NCBI RefSeq assembly: GCF_002113885.1
Contig: NW_018480078.1
Coordinates: 1,365,584 to 1,427,896, forward strand
Direction: 5' to 3'
Length of the DNA: 62,313 nucleotides
Origin: Mizuhopecten yessoensis
Taxonomy: Eukaryota
The position numbers and the translations under genes are program-made. Shown here piece by piece: positions 1 through 11,143 of this stretch. How positions within the stretch are numbered: the first letter of the stretch is position 1; each line of letters begins with the position of its first letter. Under the pieces are notes generated by a model. The model was not told the origin of the DNA. It did not search any database and saw only the letters and a program-made list of their open reading frames with translations.

Positions 1-1626
1 CTGTTACGATGTTACTCTGATAGAACTTTAGGGATGAGTGAACAATTACCACTTAATAAAAATAGATGATTTCAAAAACTCCAAAGCACCATGGGAAAGT
101 TTCATTCTAAATAAAAAATGTATTTTTGCCATATTTGTTTTTTTATAAGGTTTTGTGATGAAATGACATGGTCACGATATTTGCTGTAGATGATGATTTT
201 TTTTCACAAAATCACTTTTCCTAAAGACGGTATTGAATGCTTAAATAATTAATTTGATAACAACAAAATTGCAATGTTTAACATTGATATGAGCCTTACT
301 TGTGTACATTTCAAATGCCACCAGATGACATTACTATGAGGAAAAACTGTACATGTATGATGAAATGGGGCCAACATTTTTTTGGGGGAAACTGAGTTTA
401 TCAAAATGACGCAAAAAGTAGGAATAGTTACCATGGAAACACTAGACACCTCAAACTTTTTTGTGACCAGGTTATTTATTATACACATTTAATCTGAAAA
501 CATTTTTCAGTCATATTCGTACATAAATGATATTTTTCACTCATATTAAGGAATTTCTTAAAACAATAACTGCTTTTGTAAGTTTTTGCTATTCAGATAT
601 GTAACATCCTTCATTCTATCCTGACATTGTAAAAAAATATTCAGCTTAAGAGCTATCTTAATGACACTTTACACAACAGAAGGACCTACTAGTGATTTGT
701 TTTCAGTATTTAAACAACTTTTTTTCCCAGAAAAGTATAATGTACCCATAATGTACATCTGACACTTGTAAAACTAAGAAAAAGTTATGTTTTACATAGT
801 GTTTTCTTTCAATTCCTTAATATTAAAGTTTCACTTACTATTCCTATGTTCTGATAAAAACAAAACCTATAAACTACTATTTAATACAAAAAGCACTGTA
901 GTGCCAATTAAGTCTAGATCTATTCTATGGCAAATAATCTACAGTTATCATATTAAAAGTACTGTATACCTTAATATTGGTAGGTTGCTGTATGGCCATA
1001 GAGAAAAAGAAAAGAGTACCTTTAGCATTAACTCAGTGTAATAGTCACCTACATTTATTGTTTCATAAAATTATTAAGACATTTAATGATATGCAATATC
1101 ATAAATAACCAAGCATTATCCGTATGTCAGGGGTACCATAACCTAACAATTTCATAACATATAGTCAATGATTAAAGCATATTCTTCCTAAGATACCTAG
1201 TTTATATGAAGTGGAATCAAATTTAGGATATTTTGTATGATAACATTTTTTATTTTTTTTTATTCTCTATCATATTATAAAATCTTCAATTACCAGTGTC
1301 CTGTCTTGAATTTGTGTCGATTAATTGTCTAATGAGAAGTCACATTGTTTAGTTATGACGTCACATCTTTTGATAATATACCAGGCACTGATGTCACAGT
1401 GGGTGATATAGTTTGAAATTCACAAAAATACCATTAACCATTGCTATACTCTCGTTGTATAAAACAAAATATGATAAATAACTAAATGCAATATTACAAG
1501 TCTATAGATGTGATGTCAGTGTATAGTGTATACGGTATATGTTCTAGCTGACTCTCTGAAAACACATGCATGACTGTCAACTTTCAACTTTATTTTCAGC
1601 TTTAATTTACACCAATATCTTCTTAC

Positions 1627-1701
1627 CTCAATCCTTTTCTTGCCGGAACTGTTGGAGGCCTCCTCAATAAGCCAGGCCGGTAAAGGCTGTGGTCGATTTG
1701 A
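1627..1701 (-). CDS. NICN1: NICN1 coding exon 5
   Basis: SNRPQPLPAWLIEEASNSSGKKRIE (compare vertebrate FPKWL); GTAAGA donor. Confidence 0.82.
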
Positions 1702-4700
1702 CTATAAGTAAAGTAAACAATTCACAAATCTATAAGTATAACACTATTATAGATAAATTCTCGCATGCAAAAGCATGTGTTGATGAAAATCTCGGTCTAA
1801 GTAGAAGACATAGCGATTCAAAACAATAGCAAATTTTCACCATCGAACCCATACCTGCTAACGTTCCTTATTTAGGAGGGAGTCTCCTTATTTTGGACCC
1901 TTACATTTAGTATTTCCAAACAGTGAATTTGCTAAACTATTCCTATTTTCTAATATTTTTAATGATCTTCTGAAAGAACAACTAAAAGATTACTCCAATT
2001 TTATTTTTGTTTTTAATTTTGAGCATGTGGAATCTCTCCAATGGAAATTTCAAAAGGTTCGCAAGCATGCACACCTTTTAATGAAATTAAGCCAATGTAC
2101 AGTAATCAAATCTTTTTTCTTTTCTTTGTTTAACTATATAACTATTTCTATCACAATATATGCCCTGTGTAGAAATTAGTATTTTTTGCTCTGCTGCTCA
2201 GGGGCAAAACGTTTAAAAATAAAAAAATAAAACAGGTTATGAATAAAAGGGGCCAATCACACAGGTGGCCTAAGCTCTTTACTTCAGTTTACATCCTACT
2301 ACCTTAAATGACCAGTAATGTGAAGTAAAAAAAGTGTTAGTTTTGGTACCAACTTAAGACCATATGGAGACATATATAGGTCTTGATTTATTTACTTTAT
2401 CAGGTCAATTTGTGAGGAGGACATTCGCCTGTCTCATTAGCCTCAGGTAATACAAATTAAAGAACAAAGGCACGATCAGTATCACATGGTCTTAAGGTGG
2501 CACCAAACTAACATGTATAATTTGACTATATAATTAATTACCTGATCAATTAGTTAGTGAGGGGTATGTGTAGGCAGGATGGGGTGTTACCTGTGTACAT
2601 GGCCTCAGGGGAGTATATATAATGTCTCAATATCATATGGATAGCATCCTGCTGACACCTGTTATTTGACTTTACCTGGTCTATTTGTTGGGCGGGGGTG
2701 CATGGGGGTCTACCTGTGTCAATGACTTGACCTCAGGTTTCACTACCATGCACTTTTATATATATATATACCCTCTGAGGTCAGCCCCACAGGTAGATTT
2801 CTGCTGTGCTTTCCCCAAACTGACCAGGTAATGTTAAACATCAGGTGTCAATGATTTAACAGCTAAGCATCTCATCATTTACCAGTAGCCCAATACAGGA
2901 TATATGGTACAATTTAGATGTTAAAATCTGGTAATTCTAAATACTTCTCACAAAATCTGATTGTCAATTATCTTTAAACAGCATTATGTAAGCAGGCTAT
3001 ATAACTGTTGTTATGATAAAAGCAATTGTTTTCTACAGAAGACGAATTATAAATATATTCCTGATGTCTTGTGACAAACTGTACCTCTGATGAGCGGTAG
3101 AGTTTGATCTCCTCCAGTCTGAAGTCTTTCCACACAGGGGAGGGTTGCTGTAGAATCAGACGCATGCCTGTTAGCTGGTTCAGGTCGAAATTAAACTGCA
3201 AAACAGTCATTGTATATAACATTTGTATTAAGATTGAAGCTTAAGTTTTAGAAAATAAAGTCTTGAAGTTGAAATGATTTGGCCTACATCACTATATACA
3301 TGTAAAGTATATAATTCGAAAAACATCTCTAGTATGTCGATCTAGACACATGTGATGTAGATTTCTAGATAAATCTTTAGTATATGTCTAGACCATTTCA
3401 TGTACATAGTTCTAGACAATTTCAAGTATGTGTCTAGACCATTTCATGAACATAGTTCTAGACAATTTCAAGTATGTGTCTAGACATATGTGCATGATGT
3501 TCATACTACTAGACTATATAATCTTTAATACACTTCTATGCAAATTATATCGATATACATACTCTTTAATCATTATGCAAAACAATATCCTTTAAAATAT
3601 ATCCCTTTCATATCATATCTTCCGGCGACACAAAACTTGATAAATCTTACATGTTTCTTTGATACACAGTGAGTGAAATGAATCATTGAAAATGATACAA
3701 CTGCAATCTTACATGTATACCCACCACAGTAAGATAAATGAGAAACAGAACATTGGAAATTTTGGAAAATGACACAATCTTACGTGTTTCTTTGTGACAT
3801 GAAATACTTTCCAATAATGACACAATCTTACGTGTTTTTGCGAGACACAGAAGTAGTCCTGAGACCCTGCCTCACAGTGGGGGTTCGGCATCAGTCGCAT
3901 CCTCCGCACACACGTCCGCCATTTTATCTCCGCTGTAAATAATGCAGTTGATAGATTTATCAGTGCAAAATTCAGCACCAGTTAACTTAGGTACTATGCA
4001 TACATATCAATACCCTCAGAAAACTAGTTAAACAATCCTGGTACAAAAATCGCTTAATGGGATTTCAATATAACCTATGTACTCAAGCGTCAATTATGAA
4101 AAAATAATTTTCACTATTTGCATAACACTATCCTTGCATAAATGATTTAAATTTTAAGTTATTATATATTATATCTATCGGGCCCCTAAATTTTGTCTAT
4201 TTCAACAATTTGCTTTGTGTATTAAATGTTTGGATCACAAAAACTAATTAAATTTTATATTGTTATAATTCTTTGAATGTCAGTGATTTCAAACAGCTCC
4301 TACAGTGATATATGGACAATAAACAGTGTTTTTTCGCAGACAAGGCAAAAACTGAATCGTCATCATCCACAAACATTAATTCTATTTCTTTTAAATCTAG
4401 AACAACAATCAGTCAACCATTGTACAGTTGTATTAAAGAAATAAACAAGACTGAATTATCTATAATATGCTTCTTATTTCATCATAAAGTTTCATGTTAC
4501 AAAAATCCTTACAGGTAGTTCATGTATATGGATCTAACAGGTGGGATGTAACAGAAGAGGTAAGAATTTCAACCCAGGACCTCTGAACTGTAGACGGACG
4601 CTAAACTGAGCCCCCTGGTCAACAGTATAGTAATCTAATCAGGTAAAGTTATAAACAAGAAATAACTTGATAGAGGTAATGATCATATAAGACAAAACGT

Positions 4701-7700
4701 CTTTTAGATAGAGCCATGCATTCCATGGTATACATAGAAAACTTTTAAGAATGGTCTCAGTTTGGTACATATCAAAATCGGATCATTACCGATTATTTAT
4801 CCGAATAATATTCTGCAAAAAATGAATGTACATGCAGTCTCTTGACAATGTATTGTACTCACGAGTACCAGAGGAGTCACTTCCAGGCTCTGGAGGTGCT
4901 GGCTTCTGCTTGATGCGAACGGTCAGGTAGGCTACATAATTGTTCTTAAAATGGATTTCTCCTACCTAATGTGTAAAAATAAAATAAAACTTTATATGAT
5001 AAAAAAAAGGTCCATTAATGCTCCTGGCCCCAGGATCATGAAATTATCTTAAGTCTTAAATTGTCTTAAGTGATGTCATACATGATTGGCTAAGCAAAAC
5101 TTAAGTCTGAGATTGTTTCATGATCCTCCATGGGGCCTGGATATTAAACACTGTCAACAGAATAAAGTTAAAATTTTACAGAATACAAATTTTAACCTTA
5201 TAACTTGATTTACAAATCATAGGTATGAAGTATAAGGTAGCGATACATGTATAACCAAACTGCAACACAAATTACAGGTTTAAAGTGTAAAATAACATAT
5301 ATATTTTTACCTTAACAAGTATAAGTATATCAGGTAGCATATAACCTTAACTCTAACCCTTAATCACAAGTAAAGTATGTCAGGTATAATATATACATGT
5401 TCATCAAAAAACAACTTTTTTTATATGTACAATTAAAACTTCTTAATCTACACAAAGCTTATCAATTTATGATCAGATAACTGAAGAAGAACCTTTCCTT
5501 GTTTTTTTTCCATGATATGAACTCTTAAAGCCAAAAGCATTGCATAATATTACTTAAGGATCCCCATACCACTGTTTCAAACTGTAAGTAAATATTGGAA
5601 ATCATTTTTTCTGGCATGACTAGATCTTTAATAAATAATTTCTGAAAAGAAAAACAAACCTTGCAAAACTTTTGTGAGAAATAATAGATTTAAAATAAAT
5701 AAAATACAGAACAACAGTGTTCTGATTGTCAAAATTCAGCGGGACCAGATAGGGATTCGAACACTGGATTTCAGATTGTTATACTATCAATTGAGCTCTA
5801 ACCAATAGAGCTACCTTAAGGCCTGGTCAATGGAAGTGTCCAGCTAGGTCAAACTGTGCTACAGTTACCATATCAAAACACAAGTTAAGGGGAAGTAACT
5901 GTATATTGAAAACAAACCACAGTGCAGTGGGACAGGGATCCTTAAATCGTTCCTGTAAATTCATGTTATATTAATGATGTATAGTCATCTTTAATTTTAC
6001 ATAGATGTAATTGATATCCTGAATTCTTAACAGAGTATCGGCAGATGTTTTACAAAAGCCACGTTGCACAACAACTGTATATGTGTATAATTATGGGAGA
6101 AGCCTGCAGATCACTGTGCCTGTATAGGTCAATCATTGGCAGATTTAAACAAAGGATACGAAGCAAGCATAGCAGGACGTAAAATGAAAAGATAGTATAC
6201 TTGGCAGTACATAAAATCAAGTTACTTAAAACTCAATAATAATCTTCTGCAGTACAAACATATACATCAGCAGTTGGCTTCTTTCCTATAAGACGGAAGG
6301 TAAAGAGTTGTCAAATATTATTTTTCTGTTAAATTAAAGGAAATATCTCAGAATTAATATAAAAACAATTGAAGTATACCAGTAGTTGGGTTCCAGGTCA
6401 TTTTTTGGGAGTTGAAACATTTTAATAATTATTCAAAATAATGTTGCAGAAGTGCAAAGTATATGACCTTTGTATATTTTCTAATCAAAACTACCAACAA
6501 ATGAAGTGGTTTGAGTGATCTCGTTGAAATGGGTGATAACATTCTATAAATATTAACAAGAGATCTGAAAGGGATCTTGAAGCCCATCATCGTAAGATCT
6601 TCATAAGTTTGATCTTTTCCCTTCATTTCTTTTATGGTTGGATTGATACTCTTGTCAACAGTAAATGTATCTTGTTCTAAACTTTGATTAGAAATTCAAT
6701 ACTACTTGGTTTGAGAGTGTATTTTCAAAGTGAGGTCGTTGTTTAATGTTAACTTCTTGATAAATGGCGATAACAAACTTGAATTCTCAAAATCCAAGAT
6801 GGCAGCTGGCTGGTGACTATCTTGTTTTTCCAATCAGATGAAGAGTGTATTGATCAGTCCATCAATTGATGATGGTGGGTGAATATCAGTGATCTTTACC
6901 CAATGATCGAGTGACACAACAGGTAAATCATAAACAGTCGATTATCATTGACATCAGTAAGAACTTTCCATAACATGTCCTAAAGGAAACTGCAGATTAC
7001 TGAACAAGTACTGATTTTCATTGCATCTCACAAGGTTTCAAATAAAATTAACCCTTTCACCCCTATGTAACTTTAATAACCTCTACCATTAATTGATATG
7101 GATGAGTCCATTATGGTCTACAGTGTTGAAAGGGTTAAGCATTTAGTTTGTGTACAAATTGATTCTTACAAGATAATTAAACCTGCTTGAGTGTACAACA
7201 TTTATGTGACCTTACAGTGACACAGGTGTGATACAAGCATGTGAAATTGATAAAACAATAATCTACATTGTACGTATATTAACTATAAAAAGATTGCAAA
7301 ATGATCACAACATTTTCTATCATTTCCTGTGCACTCTCAAGTATTGGCATTGTCAAGTGAAAGCCACTGAGGTAGGATATGCCAAAGTTCAAACAGTTTG
7401 CTTGTTTCCAAATCTTCATGCATTCATTTTCTAAAAAAATGTCCTTTCGAAAAGTTAGAAGTTTTTTAAACTATTGATATGTTTAATTTGTGAACTGCTT
7501 TGAGACGACCTACGATCTAGGTCATGGTAAAGCGGAATATAAGAACCTCAAACTATTATTGTTTATTATCATTTAAATTGTCGTTTTATCTTTTATTTTG
7601 ATATCTAATCATTTTTGAATATTTAATGCCCTGGAATAACCAAATGAGTAATCTGTGAATCATTTCTCTGATATCAACCATACACCATTCATAAGCATGC

Positions 7701-10700
7701 AAATTGTGCAAATTTTATTATTTTAATCCTGCTGTACCCACTATCACATTTGTTTTAGATCAATGGAAAATGTTTCCCTGCTTCTATATCCAATTATCCA
7801 TATCTGAAATTATCCTAAGTATAACGAGATCACCATCAACAAGAGTCCCAATGGGCCTGCATCACTTGCTTGGTATCAAACCCTAAAACAAAGCTATATA
7901 TGTAACAGGTAGAATATCAGTAACTTAAATATAAAGACTCGAAGTTATTCAAAAGAACTTGTTAAAAGATTTTAACATATTGTATTCCTGCGACCTTAAA
8001 AGTCTAACAAGTTCATTAAGTTGAACAAACTTTATAGCCCTTCTTCCAAGCATACTTTTTACCAAATATCATCACCCTGGACCTTTCATTTATTAATGAA
8101 AGGTTGTTTAAAGGTTTATGCACATCTGGGTGTGTGACTTTGAAAGTGGATCAAGGTCATTCATTTGAACACCCTAATGCTAGCCATTTTACCTAGCATG
8201 TCACTAGCCAAATATCATCACCCTAAAGCCTCTTAGATAACCATATAAAGAAGTTGTTAAACATTTTTAACAAGTTTGAGTATACTCAAATTGACACCTG
8301 AGACCTTGAATATGGATAAAGGTCATTCATTTGAACAAACATATTTGAACCTTGTGACCTTGAATATGAATCAAGTTTACTGATCATCTAACTTGATACC
8401 CATTTCTCCTTGCACACCTTAGGCCTCTTAGTTTTTAAGAAGAAATTGTTTAAAGGTCTTTTAGCCACTTTAACCCTTTGACCTTGAAAATTGGTGAAGG
8501 TCATTCATCTCAGCATGCTACGTATACTGACCAATATTATCACTCTAGGCCTCTAGGTTATTAAGTTGTTTAAAGCGAACAGTTGATGACGTACGAACAG
8601 ACGCTAAACAATAATTTAGTGCAAGGATTTACCAGGCAATAACCACAAATGTACACATCAATTCAAGGATAAAGGGGAGATAATCATGCAAACAATGTTA
8701 ATTGGCTCGATAGGTAAAATATCACTTGTTTCAAAATAAATATGTTTGATATTCATATTATCATCAATAAAATTTATATAATCAAAACAATCGGTAAACA
8801 AGTTTAAACTTTTGAATTGGAAGGAATTCAACTTCTTATACATGAAGTATGAAACAATTTTGTCTATAAACTTTATACAGGTAAACTCATCATGAATATA
8901 ACATACATAGAGATTGTACATACTACGTATACATGTATACAAACAATACAAACATAATCATACTTTTAACAGCTGAATCAATCAACATCCATGATTGACA
9001 AACAACATACAACAGGCCACAGTTAATTACCATAAGAAGATACATATTAAATGAGTAGCAACAAATATTATAAGACCCAAATTGGTTTTAAACAAATTCA
9101 TGACAAGGACATATCATTTGAAATCTGTTAACCTGATCTTCTGCAATCACGCTACATAAATGTCATTATAAGTATGACCCAGTCAGTCCCAATGTCCAAA
9201 TTGAATTGTTATATATTAATAAGGAATATGAAGCCCGTATTATATCTTGATCTTACCACCAAATGTTACAAGGCTGAAATAAACTTATAACACCAAGGTG
9301 TGAGACAAAGAGATACGAAAAAATTACCCTGTCACAGATAGATAGAATGGTTGTGCTCTGTAAAAGAAAGATGGAAACAAAAGGATTTATATTAGGGTGA
9401 TTCAAAAATCATGAAGATATGAGAAAAAGACAAGTTACAGGTATATTCTGCATGATGTTTACAAAAGGTTTTCATTTCATGGCAGCCTTAAAAGTTGAAT
9501 TTCAAATATGCAATACAGTATGATTTTTTTTAAATGGTTTGTGTAAATTGTTCAGCAGAAAACAAATTGTGTAAATCTAAAATACATTCTTAAATTATAC
9601 ATTAATTAAATTTAAGTATTATGATGGAAGATATATTGACGGTTTTGCGAAAATGCTATCTTGGTTATATGTTTTGCTAGCTTTTATTCATTGCATATGA
9701 AAGTGTTGGGATCCAGAGTTGGCAATAATTTGGAGTTTTAGTCAAGAGCTATACACATAAATACCCTCACAAATAGCAGCATATATGGTACAATGCATCC
9801 AAGAATAGTTGTTTCCAATACTTATATATATAACCGAGTAAAAAAGTGTTTGCCCTGTAATTGCAGATAATCTGATTTAAAGTGTAAATACATGTAATAC
9901 AAATACTAGCCAGAAACAATCTTGCTTATATTAGTTCACCTAAGAATTTAAATTTTCAATAATTCATTATTAGTGAAAAATAAAAACAATCTTGCAAATT
10001 TATCTGTGTTACTAGGGAGGAAAAATGTACGACTAGACAAGGGTTTTAACCCGGAACCCTCCGAACTCTAGACGGAAGCTCAACCTGGTCGCCGACGATT
10101 GACCTAGTCCAGTTCCGCTACATCTGTTTATGTCAGTTTCATACTGGTAAATGTATATTTAATGTTTTTATTCAGTGGTATTTTGAATATATGGAACCTA
10201 GGATGTAGTAGAAAAAACTGAAAAACTGAATCTGCATAGTCATAACACACAAATATTTACCAACTGATAATATTTAGTTTCTGTTCAATATTTGATTTAC
10301 TTTAGCCTTAAATATCTCCCTTTTTCCTGATATGTACAACTATAAGTGTGTCACTATTGTTTCTTATGAACGTGCACTTTGTTAGGAAAATAAAGTATGG
10401 TAGAGGTAAAAAGTATCTTTATTAACAAGATAAATATTGGACTAGATGTTTGTCTAATTTAATAGTGCAAGTAAGACTACAGAAATGGCCTTTGAGTTTC
10501 AGATCATGTTTTCATAAAATTTCATCAGTATAAGTCTTTTGAGACAACGAGTAATAAGATAAAATTTAGGGAATATTATTCCCGGAATAATCTCTGTCAG
10601 TCTGGCTCACATTAAAATTCTCTCACTAGTCATGTCAGATACTGTACCTCTGGGTTTGTGACATTTGGAAAGGTAATATCGATGACTCTGCAGCCAGAAT

Positions 10701-10779
10701 GAAATTCATTCTTCGCATCTGCGATGTTAAGAAGTACTGGATTCTTTATGGTACAATGGATCGGTCTATCCGAAGCCAT
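1627..10779 (-). CDS. NICN1: Nicolin-1 (tubulin polyglutamylase complex subunit), partial; C-terminal exons lie left of the window
   Basis: Exons 10648-10779, 4863-4965, 3832-3932, 3085-3195 and 1627-1701 are GT-AG bounded and in phase. Translation: MASDRPIHCTIKNPVLLNIADAKNEFHSGCRVIDITFPNVTNPE/VGEIHFKNNYVAYLTVRIKQ.../..KWRTCVRRMRLMPNPHCEAGSQDYF../FNFDLNQLTGMRLILQQPSPVWKDFRLEEIKLY../SNRPQPLPAWL... This matches remembered vertebrate NICN1 motifs (VIDVTFP, FKNYYTAFL, LMPDPHSEEGAQEY, LRLILRQPSPLW). Confidence 0.93.
1850..2069. mobile_element. Decayed hAT-type MITE
   Basis: Ends CATACCTGCTAAC / GTTCGCAAGCATG; a related end GTTGGCAAGTATG lies at about 12738-12750. Confidence 0.45.
2336..2512. mobile_element. 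Foldback MITE
   Basis: TIR GTTAGTTTTGGTACCAACTTAAGACCAT / ATGGTCTTAAGGTGGCACCAAACTAAC. Confidence 0.65.
3085..3195 (-). CDS. NICN1: NICN1 coding exon 4
   Basis: FNFDLNQLTGMRLILQQPSPVWKDFRLEEIKLYRSSE; TTTTGCAG acceptor, GTACAG donor. Confidence 0.92.
3325..3515 (+). repeat. Short TCTAGA-rich tandem repeat (46-bp unit plus degenerate copies)
   Basis: TCTAGACCATTTCATG.ACATAGTTCTAGACAATTTCAAGTATGTG x2. Confidence 0.75.
3832..3932 (-). CDS. NICN1: NICN1 coding exon 3
   Basis: EIKWRTCVRRMRLMPNPHCEAGSQDYFCVSQKH; TTTACAG acceptor, GTAAGA donor. Confidence 0.9.
4863..4965 (-). CDS. NICN1: NICN1 coding exon 2
   Basis: VGEIHFKNNYVAYLTVRIKQKPAPPEPGSDSSGT; donor GTGAGT, phase 1. Confidence 0.87.
5022..5140. 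mobile_element. Small MITE
   Basis: TIR GGCCCC-AGGATCATGAAA / TTTCATGATCCT..GGGGCC. Confidence 0.6.
5727..5863 (-). mobile_element. tRNA-derived repeat with Pol III A and B boxes
   Basis: Minus strand TGTAGCAC...GACCAGG..GGTAGCTCTATTGGTTAGAGC...GTGTTCGAATCC...TTGACA. Confidence 0.6.
7052..7134 (+). mobile_element. 83-bp TTAA-flanked MITE (piggyBac-like ends), copy 1
   Basis: TTAA|CCCTTTCA...TGAAAGGG|TTAA. Confidence 0.8.
7838..8620 (-). mobile_element. Older HINE-like element in NICN1 intron 1
   Basis: Begins AACAAGAGTCCCAATGGGCCTG (reverse of the family 3' end); internal GACCTTGAA...AAGGTCA repeats; degenerate GACG tract at about 8590. Confidence 0.6.
10007..10122 (-). mobile_element. tRNA-containing TG..CA element with a 4-bp TSD (solo-LTR-like)
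   Basis: TCTG|TGTTAC...CCGCTACA|TCTG; degenerate B box; related to copies at about 4547-4650, 5727-5863 and 11851-11943. Confidence 0.6.
10648..10779 (-). CDS. NICN1: NICN1 coding exon 1 (44 codons)
   Basis: ATG at 10779; MASDRPIHC...VIDITFPNVTNPE; donor GTACAG. Confidence 0.9.
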
Positions 10780-11112
10780 ATATAACAGGTGGCAGGCATA
10801 AATTGTGTTCTAAAATTACAAAATTGTTCAAGCACCTTGCAGTAGTAACTAAAGAAGCCTTCGGTGTTTCTTATATGCTTGACAGATATGATATCGTAAA
10901 ACGTAAACGTGACTTTGATTCAACTGTAAAATAAAAATGCTTTTTATAATTTCACGCTCAAACTTATTCATATCTGATTTGGAATAAGTATTATTTTCAA
11001 GTTTCTAAATCTGAAATTGTTGACTAATTTATAACGAGTAATTAATCTCAGGGAAAATGAGATTCCCATGATCCGCTAGAAGGCGTGACTGACAGCCGAG
11101 CAAGATGGCCGA
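10780..11112. promoter_or_regulatory. Probable bidirectional promoter region between NICN1 and CAPZA
   Basis: Divergent ATGs at 10779 (-) and 11105 (+). CAAGATGGCCG over the CAPZA ATG resembles a YY1 site. An ETS-like CACTTCCG lies near 11308. Confidence 0.6.
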
Positions 11113-11143
11113 TTTCGGTGAACCCATCTCCGATCAAGAGAAG
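11105..11143 (+). CDS. CAPZA: CAPZA exon 1
   Basis: [13 protein letters not shown] then GTAATT. Confidence 0.93.

Noticed and set aside
5740-5820. Functional tRNA gene
   Set aside because: A and B boxes are present, but acceptor and anticodon stems do not pair properly; treated as a tRNA-derived repeat
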